Of a DNA stretch of 64,000 bases, positions 42,443 through 52,805 are shown piece after piece; position 1 is the stretch's first letter, and every line of letters starts with the position of its first letter. A program made the position numbers and the translations under genes. This DNA is from Verrucomicrobiota bacterium (GTDB lineage Bacteria; Verrucomicrobiota; Lentisphaeria; JABSQK01; JAJFLO01): positions 29,145 through 93,144 of the forward strand of contig JAJFLQ010000070.1 of assembly GCA_021772615.1 (NCBI GenBank), given 5' to 3'. The notes under the pieces are model-generated. The model ran no database searches and was not told the DNA's origin. It was given only the letters and a program-made list of their open reading frames with translations.

Positions 42443-42715
42443 GGTACCGCTATCGACTACATGGTCCGCAGGAATGTTCCGTAATCTCATGTCTTGCCTC
42501 TGGTCTGCTTCATTCATACAACCTCGTCGCGAGGTTGCTTAGCGTGCTTCAGGTGAATGTGTTGCGGAGGTTTTGAGGTTGAAATGGTAGTGAATTGCCT
42601 TGATATCTCAAATCTTGATTTGAGCTGGCTTGCCAGTCCCGCGCCTGTGGGATTCTTCATAACGCGTTTAGATAATGTGCGATCTATAGCCGCAGCAGAG
42701 GTTGTATCAATGCAC

Positions 42716-45700
42716 TCAGGTTAGTTGCTGCAGGACCCGCAGAAGCTCGGTTACGCCCCAGGCCTGTGCTGTGCATCCGCGTTCGGTGTGCGGCGCGTTG
42801 CCGTCGAGGATCTCCGGTACATGTCCGATGCAGCCGCTGTTGATGATCACGGTGCTGCTGCCGAGAATGGCGAGAGCGGTATCCCGGCCGGCCTCTCCGT
42901 ACACAAGGTGCCATGCTTCGGCAAATGACGGAAACATCCAGGTCCAGGCCGTACCGTTATGGTAGGCAGGCTTTCGGCGCGTATCTTCGTCACCCGTGTA
43001 CGAGCCCCAGTATGGATTGCGGGGGTCGTTGAGGAGGGCTCCGTCGCGGTATACCGGGAGAGGTATGCGCACCGGGCGATCGGCAAGGCTACGAATAGCC
43101 CCGGGCACGATCAGCGTTTCGCACGCCGAAAGCATCTGCCGGCACAACGCAGCATCGCGCACGGCACCAAGCGTGATCGCCAACAGCTGATTCGGTCGCA
43201 GCGCGTCATCCTGCGTCGCTGCTGCCGCAGCAGTGTCGCGATTTCCGTGGAGGCAGTCGGACAAATAGCCGTTCTCGCCGGCATATAGTCGTATTATTGA
43301 GGCTCCCACCTGATCCGCCAACGATCGGAAGCGATCCAGTGCCAACCATTCAGCGGCAGCGTTCAATGCAGCGTACCACAGCGCCTGTATTTCGATCGGA
43401 TAGCCCTGGCGCGGTGTCCCTGCCGGATGGTTGGTGTCCATCCACGTGAAATGCGACGGGCTGTATATCAACCCGCTGTCCGGATCCATGCGGATGCCGT
43501 TCGGCGTACCTTCCATATATGACATGATGATCGAGCGGATAACCACGCGGAGCGGCCGACCGTTACAGGGGCGATCAAGCAGGTCGCTTGTGCCGTCGGC
43601 CTGGATCAGGTCGCGGCACGCCACGATAAACCACAGCGGCGCATCGGATGTATCGCGGTCACCGGTGTCCGCTCCATGAATCATATTCGGGAGGGTTCCG
43701 CGATCCTCGAATCCACCAAATTCGACGAGGATAGATCGGACATCTTCTTTGAGCCCTGCGGTAATCATACCTCGCGTGCAGATCAACGTGTCCCGGCCCC
43801 AGTCCAGAAACCATGGGTATCCCGCAATGACCGTTGCGTTCGCACCACGGGATACGACATACTGCGACGTCGCACGTTTCATGGTTTCGAGAATCGAATC
43901 GTCCGGCCACGATTCGACATGTTCATCGAGCACGACGGTGTCCGCCGGCGCCTCATTCGCCGCGCTTTCGGAATCATTCGCTCCGTGAATGACAGCACTC
44001 ACGACCGTCCGTCCGTCGTTGTCCAGATCGCATTTGAAGTAGCCGGGACTGAAGATGTCGGTATGCGTTTCGAGTCCGCGTGACGCTTCTGTCGGAAGGA
44101 AGACGTCGTACTGCCATTCCGGCGTCGGCTTGTACGTGCCGTTTGTGATGCGGATGGTCAGGCGACGATCGGGAGACGGCGCAAACACGACCTGCGTCCG
44201 GCCGATCGAGATGGCGCCGGGCCATCGTTGTTCCGGACCAGCCGAAGCCCTGGTTACCGCGTGAAAATTTCGATCATCAATGTCTGGACGGATTATCAGC
44301 GTCACTGGTTCGTTGTCCCATACCAGCTTGCGATTGTCGCCGGGCGGTGATTTCCGCTGAACAACCATGTGCAGCTGGTTGGTGGTTTCTGCCAGTCTCA
44401 ATCGTATCGACAGGCGCACCAGCTTTCCGTTCGCGCCGGGTATGGTATAGGTCCAGTGCGATGACATGTCGTTGAGCAGGTAGAGGCGGTCGAGACAGTC
44501 GATCCCGATTGCATGCGAAAAATTCCGCGAAACAACCCACATCCGATACCGCGTCAGCATTACCTGTCGCTCGTCCGGATAGTGGCGGTTGAGATTGCCG
44601 GCGAGCAATGCGTCGTACTTGCTCCGAATCTCGCCCAACGGTGCATTGGCCATGAGCATGGTTGCCCGCTGGTTGGCGGTCAGCACACGGAGGTTTCCGG
44701 CAGCCACGTCGGACTTGTCAAATGCCAGGCGTGCGACCGCAGCCCGGGCCGGCGCAAGGTAGAGCAGGCCTGCCCGTTCCCGACGGCAACCGTGCGCGCC
44801 ATATAGCGTCAGTTGTATGCCTATATTCTGATGCGTGTCGGGTGTCGTTCGGGGCGGAAGTAACACGAAATGCCGTCCGTTTTGCTGCGGCAGACTGGTC
44901 TCGCGGCCGGTTACGCGGTCGTGCTCCATCAGTTGCACGTGAAAGGGGGCATCGGCGATCATATAAACAGCGAAGCCGGGCGGCACCATCACCACGCGGT
45001 GAAGATCGACGGGCCAGGTCCATGACACATGTACGCGTTCGCCGCCCCGCGAGCAGATCGACTCGCAAAACGATACCGGATCGGCAAACAAGCGCTTGCC
45101 GGCCGCGACCGGGTCTGCATCATCGCAGCCGCTTAATCCCGTCACCCGGTAGATCAGCTCAAGCGCTTTGTGGCGCAATCGCTGGTGCACGATCCGGTGC
45201 GTTTTCGCCAATTCATCGATCACAACGCCGGACGGTGCTGCGGACGGTACTGGCGTAGTGAGGCACATGACGTCGCCGCTCTGAAGCATCACGCGGATGG
45301 TCCCGTCACGAACCGTTGTCGTCACCGGCTCCTTGGTGATGAGATCGATCACCTCCGCCGCTGTTCCGGTCGCATCGGCAAGCAGCCAACTCACAGGATT
45401 CGGCGTGTCGTGATCGAGATTTACCAGCACCAGCAGCCATTCCCCCGATTCGGGTGCGTAGCGGTAGAAGGCGATGCTGTTGCCGTCGCCCCGCTGTATC
45501 ATCCGGAGCTCGGCGTCGTCATGAAACGTGGCGTTGGTTGCCAGGATGTGATTCAATGTGGCGATAAACGCCACCTGGTTATTGGCCGAACCCCAATTCA
45601 GTGCGTTTGCTTCGTGCACATCGATCTTTTCGGCTGCATACCATTCGACGCCGTTGGCAAAGCCGTAGGCGCCCCGAACCGATGTGAGCGCCGCAAGCGC

Positions 45701-46993
45701 TGTACGCAACCTGGCAAAGGCTGGCGACACCGATGCCAGGCGGTTGTTGTCATGGGTCTCGGCGAAGTTCAGCATGATGCCCTCATGCAGTGAGATGTCT
45801 ATGGCTTTCGGCAGATAGCTCTCAATCGCGTCACGATGATAATTCTGGAAAAGTTCCGAATACGCCCAGTTCAAGTTTGCGTCAATGAGCAAGTCGCGTG
45901 TCACGCTCACCTTGCCTCCCAGGCCCTCAAGGAGGAACACGGTGTCCGGAAATTCGCCACGGACCGCGGCCACGATATACTCCCACGCCTTTACCGGAAC
46001 CTTATAACCGGCGTCGCACCGAAACCCGTCGACACCGCGTCTGCACCACGACAACATAACATCCGCCATGTACTGCCACAGGTCGTGGTGGCTGTAGTCC
46101 AATTTTATGAGATCCTCCCAGACGACGCCCCACGCTCCGGGAGAGGTGTAGGATCCGTCGTCGTTGCGAACGAACCATTCGGGATGATGCGCCTGTAATG
46201 TCGATGCCCAGCCAGTGTGGTTGATCGCAATGTCGAGAAAGATTTTTGCCTGACGTGCGTGCACTTCATCGACCAGTTCCGCGAATTGCGCCATCGGCGA
46301 TGCACCGCGATCGAAGTCTGCCAGACCCGCATCGACGTCGTGGAAGTCGAGGGCCGCGAACGGGCTTCCGAACCGTCCCATGCGGCCGTACACAGTCGGC
46401 GTCGGGTGGATCGGCAGCAATTGTATGATACGGCAGCCCAGCGTACCGACAATAAAATCAAGCTCGGCTATGAGGTCACGAAATGTGCCTGACGGCGGAA
46501 TGGCGGTGTAGTGTTGGCTGTCGAGCGTATCAAGGTCATCCCGGAACGTGTGGCTGGATGCCGCTGCATGCCTGGCCTGGCCAAATTGACGGATAAACGC
46601 ATTGTAGACGATGTTGCTGCAATAGTAATCGGCCGATTCGACTTTAATGTGAGTATTCTCCCCGTCGGGCCAGGCGGCTTCTATGTGTTTGTCGGGAAGA
46701 AAAAAGGCTTTGGCCTGGAAATGGCCGGGTTCCAGCATCGGGAGCACGAGGCGATAGGACGTCGGCGACGTGCGCAACATGGGGATGTCATGCCAATCCC
46801 GATTCTGTCGAGGAATGCCGGATATCGCCTCGGTCAATATCTCGCGTCGCGTCGTCGATGCGCGATCCCAGTTGGTACGCAACCACGCGTTGCCCGCGGC
46901 CGCACCCGAAAGATGCAGTTGAAAGGCTACCAGTTGCCCCTGGTATGCAATACGGCATGTCCCCGGCGGCGGTGTTTGCTGAACAGTAATCAC
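42716..46993 (-). CDS. Bifunctional-type glycogen debranching enzyme-like protein (1425 aa): GH13 alpha-amylase-family domain + C-terminal amylo-alpha-1,6-glucosidase (GDE_C) domain.
   Basis: GH13 regions (FLDIAINHTGW; GVDGFRCDAGYKVP). C-terminal AGYPWFLDWGRDT GDE hallmark plus a long (alpha/alpha)6-like tail. No signal peptide. Confidence 0.85.
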   Translation of the reverse strand: MITVQQTPPPGTCRIAYQGQLVAFQLHLSGAAAGNAWLRTNWDRASTTRREILTEAISGIPRQNRDWHDIPMLRTSPTSYRLVLPMLEPGHFQAKAFFLPDKHIEAAWPDGENTHIKVESADYYCSNIVYNAFIRQFGQARHAAASSHTFRDDLDTLDSQHYTAIPPSGTFRDLIAELDFIVGTLGCRIIQLLPIHPTPTVYGRMGRFGSPFAALDFHDVDAGLADFDRGASPMAQFAELVDEVHARQAKIFLDIAINHTGWASTLQAHHPEWFVRNDDGSYTSPGAWGVVWEDLIKLDYSHHDLWQYMADVMLSWCRRGVDGFRCDAGYKVPVKAWEYIVAAVRGEFPDTVFLLEGLGGKVSVTRDLLIDANLNWAYSELFQNYHRDAIESYLPKAIDISLHEGIMLNFAETHDNNRLASVSPAFARLRTALAALTSVRGAYGFANGVEWYAAEKIDVHEANALNWGSANNQVAFIATLNHILATNATFHDDAELRMIQRGDGNSIAFYRYAPESGEWLLVLVNLDHDTPNPVSWLLADATGTAAEVIDLITKEPVTTTVRDGTIRVMLQSGDVMCLTTPVPSAAPSGVVIDELAKTHRIVHQRLRHKALELIYRVTGLSGCDDADPVAAGKRLFADPVSFCESICSRGGERVHVSWTWPVDLHRVVMVPPGFAVYMIADAPFHVQLMEHDRVTGRETSLPQQNGRHFVLLPPRTTPDTHQNIGIQLTLYGAHGCRRERAGLLYLAPARAAVARLAFDKSDVAAGNLRVLTANQRATMLMANAPLGEIRSKYDALLAGNLNRHYPDERQVMLTRYRMWVVSRNFSHAIGIDCLDRLYLLNDMSSHWTYTIPGANGKLVRLSIRLRLAETTNQLHMVVQRKSPPGDNRKLVWDNEPVTLIIRPDIDDRNFHAVTRASAGPEQRWPGAISIGRTQVVFAPSPDRRLTIRITNGTYKPTPEWQYDVFLPTEASRGLETHTDIFSPGYFKCDLDNDGRTVVSAVIHGANDSESAANEAPADTVVLDEHVESWPDDSILETMKRATSQYVVSRGANATVIAGYPWFLDWGRDTLICTRGMITAGLKEDVRSILVEFGGFEDRGTLPNMIHGADTGDRDTSDAPLWFIVACRDLIQADGTSDLLDRPCNGRPLRVVIRSIIMSYMEGTPNGIRMDPDSGLIYSPSHFTWMDTNHPAGTPRQGYPIEIQALWYAALNAAAEWLALDRFRSLADQVGASIIRLYAGENGYLSDCLHGNRDTAAAAATQDDALRPNQLLAITLGAVRDAALCRQMLSACETLIVPGAIRSLADRPVRIPLPVYRDGALLNDPRNPYWGSYTGDEDTRRKPAYHNGTAWTWMFPSFAEAWHLVYGEAGRDTALAILGSSTVIINSGCIGHVPEILDGNAPHTERGCTAQAWGVTELLRVLQQLT

Positions 46994-47162
46994 GATGTAT
47001 CAGGGGGCCCTGGTTTAAAAACTAACCGCGCCGCCGCGAAAAATCGGCAGCAGGCGGCATATTGTCAGCGCGTGTTTTGTGGGTCATACTATACGTGCGC
47101 CTATAGTGAAAAAACAGGCGCAGTAACCAAACGGAACAAACCAGGACTTAAGGTAAAATATC

Positions 47163-48032
47163 ATGAAAGGAATTATTCTCGCCGGCGGCTCCGGTACGCG
47201 TCTGCACCCGCTCACCCTGTCAATCAGTAAACAGTTGCTGCCGGTATACGACAAGCCGATGATCTATTATCCGCTGTCGACCCTCATGCTGGCCGGCATC
47301 CGCGATATATTAATCATCTCCACGCCCACCGACTTACCGGCCTACCGCCATTTGCTTGGTGACGGCAGCGACCTCAATATCTCCCTCACCTATGCCGAGC
47401 AGCCGCGTCCGGAGGGGCTCGCGCAGGCATTCATTATCGGCGCGGACTTCATCGGCGACTCGACCGTCGTTCTTATTCTCGGCGACAATATTTTTTATGG
47501 ACACGATTTCCGCCGTATTCTTCAACGTTCCGCCGAACTCACTGAAGGCGGTCTGGTGTACGCTTATCATGTGCACGATCCGGAGCGTTACGGCGTCGTC
47601 GAATTCGATGACGAAAAGCGAGCGATAGGATTGGAAGAGAAGCCGCGTCAGCCCAAGTCCCATTACGCCGTAACAGGCCTGTATTTCTACGATAACGACG
47701 TTGTCGACATTGCGCGAAATCTCAAACCGTCGGCACGTGGTGAGCTCGAAATTACCGATGTCAACAAAGTGTATCTCACGCAGGGCCGGCTGCAGGTCGA
47801 GATCCTCAAACGCGGCATGGCATGGCTCGATACCGGTACGCATTCAGCGCTGCAGGAGGCATCAAACTTCATCGAGGCGGTGGAAAAACGTCAGGGACTC
47901 AAGATCGCGTGTATCGAAGAGGTTGCCTTTCGCATGGGCTTCATTGATGTAGATGGATTGTTGCGTCGGGCCAAAGCGTTTAAGAACAGCGACTACGGGC
48001 ACTATCTCCGCCATGTCGCTACGATGCAATGA
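47163..48032 (+). CDS. rfbA: Glucose-1-phosphate thymidylyltransferase.
   Basis: [54 protein letters not shown] ... 289 aa. Confidence 0.96.
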   Translation: MKGIILAGGSGTRLHPLTLSISKQLLPVYDKPMIYYPLSTLMLAGIRDILIISTPTDLPAYRHLLGDGSDLNISLTYAEQPRPEGLAQAFIIGADFIGDSTVVLILGDNIFYGHDFRRILQRSAELTEGGLVYAYHVHDPERYGVVEFDDEKRAIGLEEKPRQPKSHYAVTGLYFYDNDVVDIARNLKPSARGELEITDVNKVYLTQGRLQVEILKRGMAWLDTGTHSALQEASNFIEAVEKRQGLKIACIEEVAFRMGFIDVDGLLRRAKAFKNSDYGHYLRHVATMQ

Positions 48033-48742
48033 TCGTATACGGCGTGAATCCCGTCCTGGAATCATTGCGGTCACCGCACTTGCCCGCAGAGATTTTTATC
48101 CGGCAGAATAAGGACACTGATGCCGTTAAGCGTATTACGGCTGCCGCGGCGCGACATAGTATTCCAGTTCGGCGCGTAGATGATGTTGACAAACGCTGCG
48201 GATCACGCGAGCACCAGGGGGTCTGTGCGCTCATCGATCACGAGCTGTCGCTGCCCTTGCCTCAGGAGCCGCTTTTGTTCGATCGTGTAGTGGTATTGGA
48301 CGGTATTCAGGATCCACATAATTTCGGCGCTGCGTTGCGCGTTTGCGAAGTGTTTGGCTGGCAACATGTCGTCTACCACAAAGGCAATTCGTGCGGGCTC
48401 ACACCCGCCGCGGTCAAGGCGTCTACGGGCGCCGTTTTTCACCTGAACGTATACCGCTCGAACCTGAATGCCGCAATTAAGAAGTTCAAAAGCGCATTGT
48501 TCACAATTATGGTTCTCGACGGTAGCGGCCCTGTAGATATCACCGATGCGGGGCCCGCCGAGCGCCTTTGTCTGGTCATTGGTTCCGAGGGCACCGGCGT
48601 GCGGCACGCCATACGGCGCCAGGCTGATATTCTGGTGGCTATTCCGACTCGCGGCAAGATCGGATCGCTCAATGTGTCGTGTGCGCTTGCCACTGCATTG
48701 CATGAACGAACGCGCGCACTCCCCTTGACTACGTCCGGATAA
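48029..48742 (+). CDS. SpoU/TrmH-family RNA 2'-O-methyltransferase (RlmB-like).
   Basis: SpoU motifs ([21 protein letters not shown] ... [10 protein letters not shown] ... [17 protein letters not shown]). ATGA start/stop overlap with rfbA. Confidence 0.85.
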   Translation: MIVYGVNPVLESLRSPHLPAEIFIRQNKDTDAVKRITAAAARHSIPVRRVDDVDKRCGSREHQGVCALIDHELSLPLPQEPLLFDRVVVLDGIQDPHNFGAALRVCEVFGWQHVVYHKGNSCGLTPAAVKASTGAVFHLNVYRSNLNAAIKKFKSALFTIMVLDGSGPVDITDAGPAERLCLVIGSEGTGVRHAIRRQADILVAIPTRGKIGSLNVSCALATALHERTRALPLTTSG

Positions 48743-48778
48743 TGCCCGTTAGAAAATCGCCGACCGAAATCTCACCAC

Positions 48779-50959
48779 ATGTGTAGGATTGCCAAGACTG
48801 CCGTGCATCTGCTACCGGTGCTGTTGCCGGTTGTCATTATCATCGTGTACTACCGCGCTCTGTCGTTTCCGTTCACGAATTGGGACGACATTCAGTTCAT
48901 CCTCGATAATCCATGCCTCCGCTCTGCGTCACGTGAGAATCTCCGCCGCATCTTTACGCCCGGTGGTATCGACGGCGAGATGCTCTACATCCCGTTAACG
49001 TATTTCACGTACCTGGTCGAAGCATCGTTGTCCAGGCTGGACCCGATGGTCGTACATATCGACAACGTTATTCTGCACGTCATCAATTCATGGCTGGTCT
49101 TGCAGTTGCTGCGCCGCGTGAGCGCCGATTATTTCTGGAGTCTGCTTGGCGCCGCGGTGTTCGCTGTACATCCGCTTATGGTCGAGCCCGTTGCCTGGGC
49201 AATGGGCAGGAAAGACTTGCTTTCGACGTTGTTCGCGTTGGTCGCGGTCCTTGGATACGACCATTTCGCGGCGACAGGCCGCGAAAAGTATTACTGGCTC
49301 AGTATCGTTGCGTTTTGCGCCGGGCTTCTGGCCAAGCCGTCGCTGGTGACGCTGCCATTCGCAATCGCCGTCCTTATAGGCCGTCGGCCGGGCGGTGGTT
49401 TTAGGCCGAGCATCGCTCGGCTGGCAATCTTTTCCTTACCGGCAGTTGCGGCGCTCGCCGTCGATACGATGATGCCATCGGGATCGTCGGGTCCGTCGCT
49501 TCCGGATACCGGCCCGGCATTTGTCGCGTGCAGCTTTGCCCACGTTGTCACCGGTTGGTTTCTTCGGCTAACGTTGCTGCAGACGCCGAGTCCGTTCTAT
49601 TGCTGGCCGGACGCCGGCGCCGGCATTGGCGTGCTTCTGCCGGCGGTGTTGATCGTAGTGATTGGTGTCGCGGTTATGATCGGCCTCCGTCGGACCGGTC
49701 AGGATCTGGCGGTTCGCGGCATTCTGTTTTTCCTCGCTGCTGCCGTCCCAGGTGTCGCGATCCTTGTTAATCCCCGCGAGTTCATGACCGCGGACCGGTA
49801 TGTGTATTTGCCGATGATCGGGCTGCTCATCGCGTTCGCAGCCATCGCTCAACGCCTGCCGCAGGGCCGGATCCGAGCGGCATATGGTGCCGCCGCAGCG
49901 TTATGGCTCGCTTGTGCCGGATTCAGCGCATATCGCCAGGTGAATGTTTGGAGCAGCAGCCTCACGTTGTGGCTGCGTGCGGTGGAGCACTGCCCGAATG
50001 TCGCATTGGTCCGGAACAACCTGGGAATGGCTTACCGTGCCGCTGGTCAAATGGACGCTGCCGAACGTGAGCTGCAGGCCGGGCTTGCCATCGAACCGGC
50101 GAATCGATCGATCAAGGCCAACCTGGGACGCCTCTACCTTGATCAGGGCAGGGCAAACGAGGCCATCATGGTGTTATCTGCGGTAGCCGCCAATGACGTT
50201 GGCAATACCACGCTTCTCATGAACCTGGCGGATGCCTATGCGCAAATCGATCGGCATGAACCGGCGACGAAGCTGTATCAGAACGTGTTGTTGCGCACGC
50301 CGAATCATGTGAGTGCACGCATCGGACTCGGGGCCGTTTATCAGAAACTCGGTCGTTATGAGGACGCTACCACGGAGTATACGGCGGTGCTGCAGCTATC
50401 GCCTACGCTTGCCGACGTACATTTTAACCTGGGCACGGTTTACGAGCTACGCCAACTTCCGGATCTGGCGGAGGCAGCGTATCGACAGGCTATCGCGCTA
50501 AACCCCAACCTGGCGGATGCCTATTTCAATCTCGGCAATCTCTACAGTGGCCGACAGCGATTGTCAGAGGCAGTAGAGGCATATGCCGCGACGCTTCGAC
50601 TGCGTCCGGGAGACGCGGCGGCATCCATTAACCTGGGAAATGTGTATTATCGCGCGGGCAGGCTGACAGAGGCCTCGGCGTTATATCAGCGTGTCCTCGA
50701 TTCAGGAGCGGAGTCGGTTGTCGGCGTGTTGTACAACCTTGGATTGATCCGGATTCAGCAGGCAGAGTACGACGCGGCGCAGGCGTATTTCGAACGGGCC
50801 GTGGCGGATGATCCGTTATTCGGCCCCGCCTGTTACGAACTCGCCAAGCTACATAATCGCAGCGGAAATCTGGAGCTGGCGAAGGAATATCTCGAACGCG
50901 CGGCAGCTGCGGGTGTACCCATTGACGCCGCATTGCGCAAGCAGCTCGGAATCGAGTGA
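48779..50959 (+). CDS. TMTC/PMT-like multi-pass membrane protein with C-terminal TPR repeats (DUF1736 + TPR architecture).
   Basis: N-terminal ~400 aa with many TM helices and the YRALSFPFTNWDD motif. C-terminal ~300 aa of 34-aa TPR units (AYRAAGQMDAAERELQAGLAIEPAN ...). Confidence 0.8.
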   Translation: MCRIAKTAVHLLPVLLPVVIIIVYYRALSFPFTNWDDIQFILDNPCLRSASRENLRRIFTPGGIDGEMLYIPLTYFTYLVEASLSRLDPMVVHIDNVILHVINSWLVLQLLRRVSADYFWSLLGAAVFAVHPLMVEPVAWAMGRKDLLSTLFALVAVLGYDHFAATGREKYYWLSIVAFCAGLLAKPSLVTLPFAIAVLIGRRPGGGFRPSIARLAIFSLPAVAALAVDTMMPSGSSGPSLPDTGPAFVACSFAHVVTGWFLRLTLLQTPSPFYCWPDAGAGIGVLLPAVLIVVIGVAVMIGLRRTGQDLAVRGILFFLAAAVPGVAILVNPREFMTADRYVYLPMIGLLIAFAAIAQRLPQGRIRAAYGAAAALWLACAGFSAYRQVNVWSSSLTLWLRAVEHCPNVALVRNNLGMAYRAAGQMDAAERELQAGLAIEPANRSIKANLGRLYLDQGRANEAIMVLSAVAANDVGNTTLLMNLADAYAQIDRHEPATKLYQNVLLRTPNHVSARIGLGAVYQKLGRYEDATTEYTAVLQLSPTLADVHFNLGTVYELRQLPDLAEAAYRQAIALNPNLADAYFNLGNLYSGRQRLSEAVEAYAATLRLRPGDAAASINLGNVYYRAGRLTEASALYQRVLDSGAESVVGVLYNLGLIRIQQAEYDAAQAYFERAVADDPLFGPACYELAKLHNRSGNLELAKEYLERAAAAGVPIDAALRKQLGIE

Positions 50960-51303
50960 TACACCATTTCCCGCGCGAATTTCCGACACGGTTCATGAGC
51001 CGCTCGATCACGTTTGCGCAGTAGCGGTGGAGCGCAGCGGGCTGCCTGCGACGGCTGACGCGCACGCTCGGCTGACACGGCAGTGATACTCGCTGGCAGC
51101 CAGACGTTCCCCCCGCTGGTGTCGTACGTTGGGGCGCCACGTCACTCGATTTGTCTGTCGCGTTAAATCCAGACCTTCTCAGCTATTTGTGTGCATTGGC
51201 GGCCATTCGTGGTTCCCCCCCCACGCAGGCTTGCCGCCGCTGTGATATCGCCCATATCGCGCGTCTGCGCCCCCGCCCGACCGCTCTTGCAGGCACCGTT
51301 ATA

Positions 51304-51915
51304 TTACTTGCTGCGTTTGATCGAACAGCCGATCGATTTCGTCGCTGCCGGATCGATCACCTTGCCTGTGGCGAGGTTGGTGATTGCATCGCTCAGGTAG
51401 GTCTTGGTCACCTGCGATTCGTCCATGACACTGTCGTCCACGGCGCCGCGGTAGACCAGGTTCAGCGATTTGTTCAACAGAAAAACATGTGGTGTTCGCG
51501 TGGCGCCGAAGGCGTTGGCCAAAACAGCATCGGTGTCGAGTACATACGGAAAATCGTATTTGTTTTTCTTCGCGTGAGCCTTCATTGCGTCCATGGAATC
51601 AACCGTGTCATGCTGTGCTTCATTTGAGTTTACCAACACCATACCGACCTTGTTCTCGCGGCAGACCTTGCTGATCGCCAGGTATCGTTTTTCGCTGGCA
51701 ACCACATAAGGGCAGGTATTGCACGAAAAGACAACCAGCAATCCGTTCTCGCCGGCGACAGAGGCGAGCGCCACCGGCTTGCCCGAAACATCGGTTAACT
51801 TGATATCGGCCTTCGGCGCCTTCGCGCCTATTGCTAGTTCGTCGGCGACCTTGGCGCTGGCGGTTAAGGTCATTGCGGCACACAAGGCAGCGAGAAATAC
51901 GGATTTACTATTCAT
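51304..51915 (-). CDS. Secreted thioredoxin-fold protein (redoxin/AhpC-TSA family) with CNTC active site.
   Basis: Signal peptide. VVFSCNTCPYV. Redoxin-like length (203 aa). Confidence 0.75.
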   Translation of the reverse strand: MNSKSVFLAALCAAMTLTASAKVADELAIGAKAPKADIKLTDVSGKPVALASVAGENGLLVVFSCNTCPYVVASEKRYLAISKVCRENKVGMVLVNSNEAQHDTVDSMDAMKAHAKKNKYDFPYVLDTDAVLANAFGATRTPHVFLLNKSLNLVYRGAVDDSVMDESQVTKTYLSDAITNLATGKVIDPAATKSIGCSIKRSK

Positions 51916-51967
51916 GACAATGTCTCCTGTTGGTTGATGTATGACAGCGTTTTTGGCTGACTGTTTG

Positions 51968-52498
51968 TTATTTGGCGGTCGGCGCCATTGCTTTTCTTAC
52001 CAGCGTATCAAATTCCTCGTAGGTCGACATGCCTTCGAGAAATGTAACAGTATCGCCCGATACGTTCACAATCCGAGTTGCCGGAATTGCGCCGGTCCAT
52101 GCCGCGGATACCGCCGCAATAAAGGGCTCGTCTTTGCCGGTCTTCATATAGGTCGGCCAGTCAACGCCCTGCTTTTCGAGAAAGCGAATCACACTCGATT
52201 CCGCTCCCGGGAAGTCGACCGATACAAACACGACCTGCAGCCGATCGCCGTATGATTTCTGCAGCTTAACGATATCGGGGAACTCTTTTACACAAGGCGG
52301 ACACCACGTGGCCCAGACATTCACCAGGACAGCCTTCTTGCCCGCATACCCATTGACGACCTGCGCCAGCTCGTTGCCGGTCACCGTCTTTAATTGCGGC
52401 ACCCCGAATTCCGCGGCACCGCCATTGAAGACGGTCATCAGCAAAAGCAGGATCACGGATATCTGCCGTTTTTGAAAAATCGATCGCGTGTCGGTCAT
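51968..52498 (-). CDS. TlpA/ResA-like thiol:disulfide oxidoreductase.
   Basis: N-terminal TM/signal segment. VLVNVWATWCPPCVKEFPDI. Confidence 0.85.
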   Translation of the reverse strand: MTDTRSIFQKRQISVILLLLMTVFNGGAAEFGVPQLKTVTGNELAQVVNGYAGKKAVLVNVWATWCPPCVKEFPDIVKLQKSYGDRLQVVFVSVDFPGAESSVIRFLEKQGVDWPTYMKTGKDEPFIAAVSAAWTGAIPATRIVNVSGDTVTFLEGMSTYEEFDTLVRKAMAPTAK

Positions 52499-52805
52499 GT
52501 CAGGGAATCCTCAAGATAGCTGCCAACTCAGTTGATGGTGCGGCTTGCTGCTGCTGAAACATCAGCGGCGTATTATGCCTGTGAGAACCCTATGGCCTGA
52601 AAAAGTTGCGTTTCGACGTGCGAAAAATGCTTTTCGGTCCATGCATATACCTAATGTCCGGTCCGTCCAAGCTTCCTGAGTCTCGGACAAGATCCACTGG
52701 AGGGTCGCAGTCCTCTGCGACTACCCGTAACGTACGGCCGTTACGGCACGGCTCATAGACCCGTGGCTACAGAACCTGAGTAGGTAACATCCTGACGTTG
52801 AGGTC

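Noticed and set aside
42524-42544. Palindrome caacctcgtcgcgaggttg between the GDE gene and the lipoprotein operon.
   Set aside because: No adjacent U-tract. It could be a terminator or 5'-UTR hairpin, but there is insufficient evidence to call a feature.
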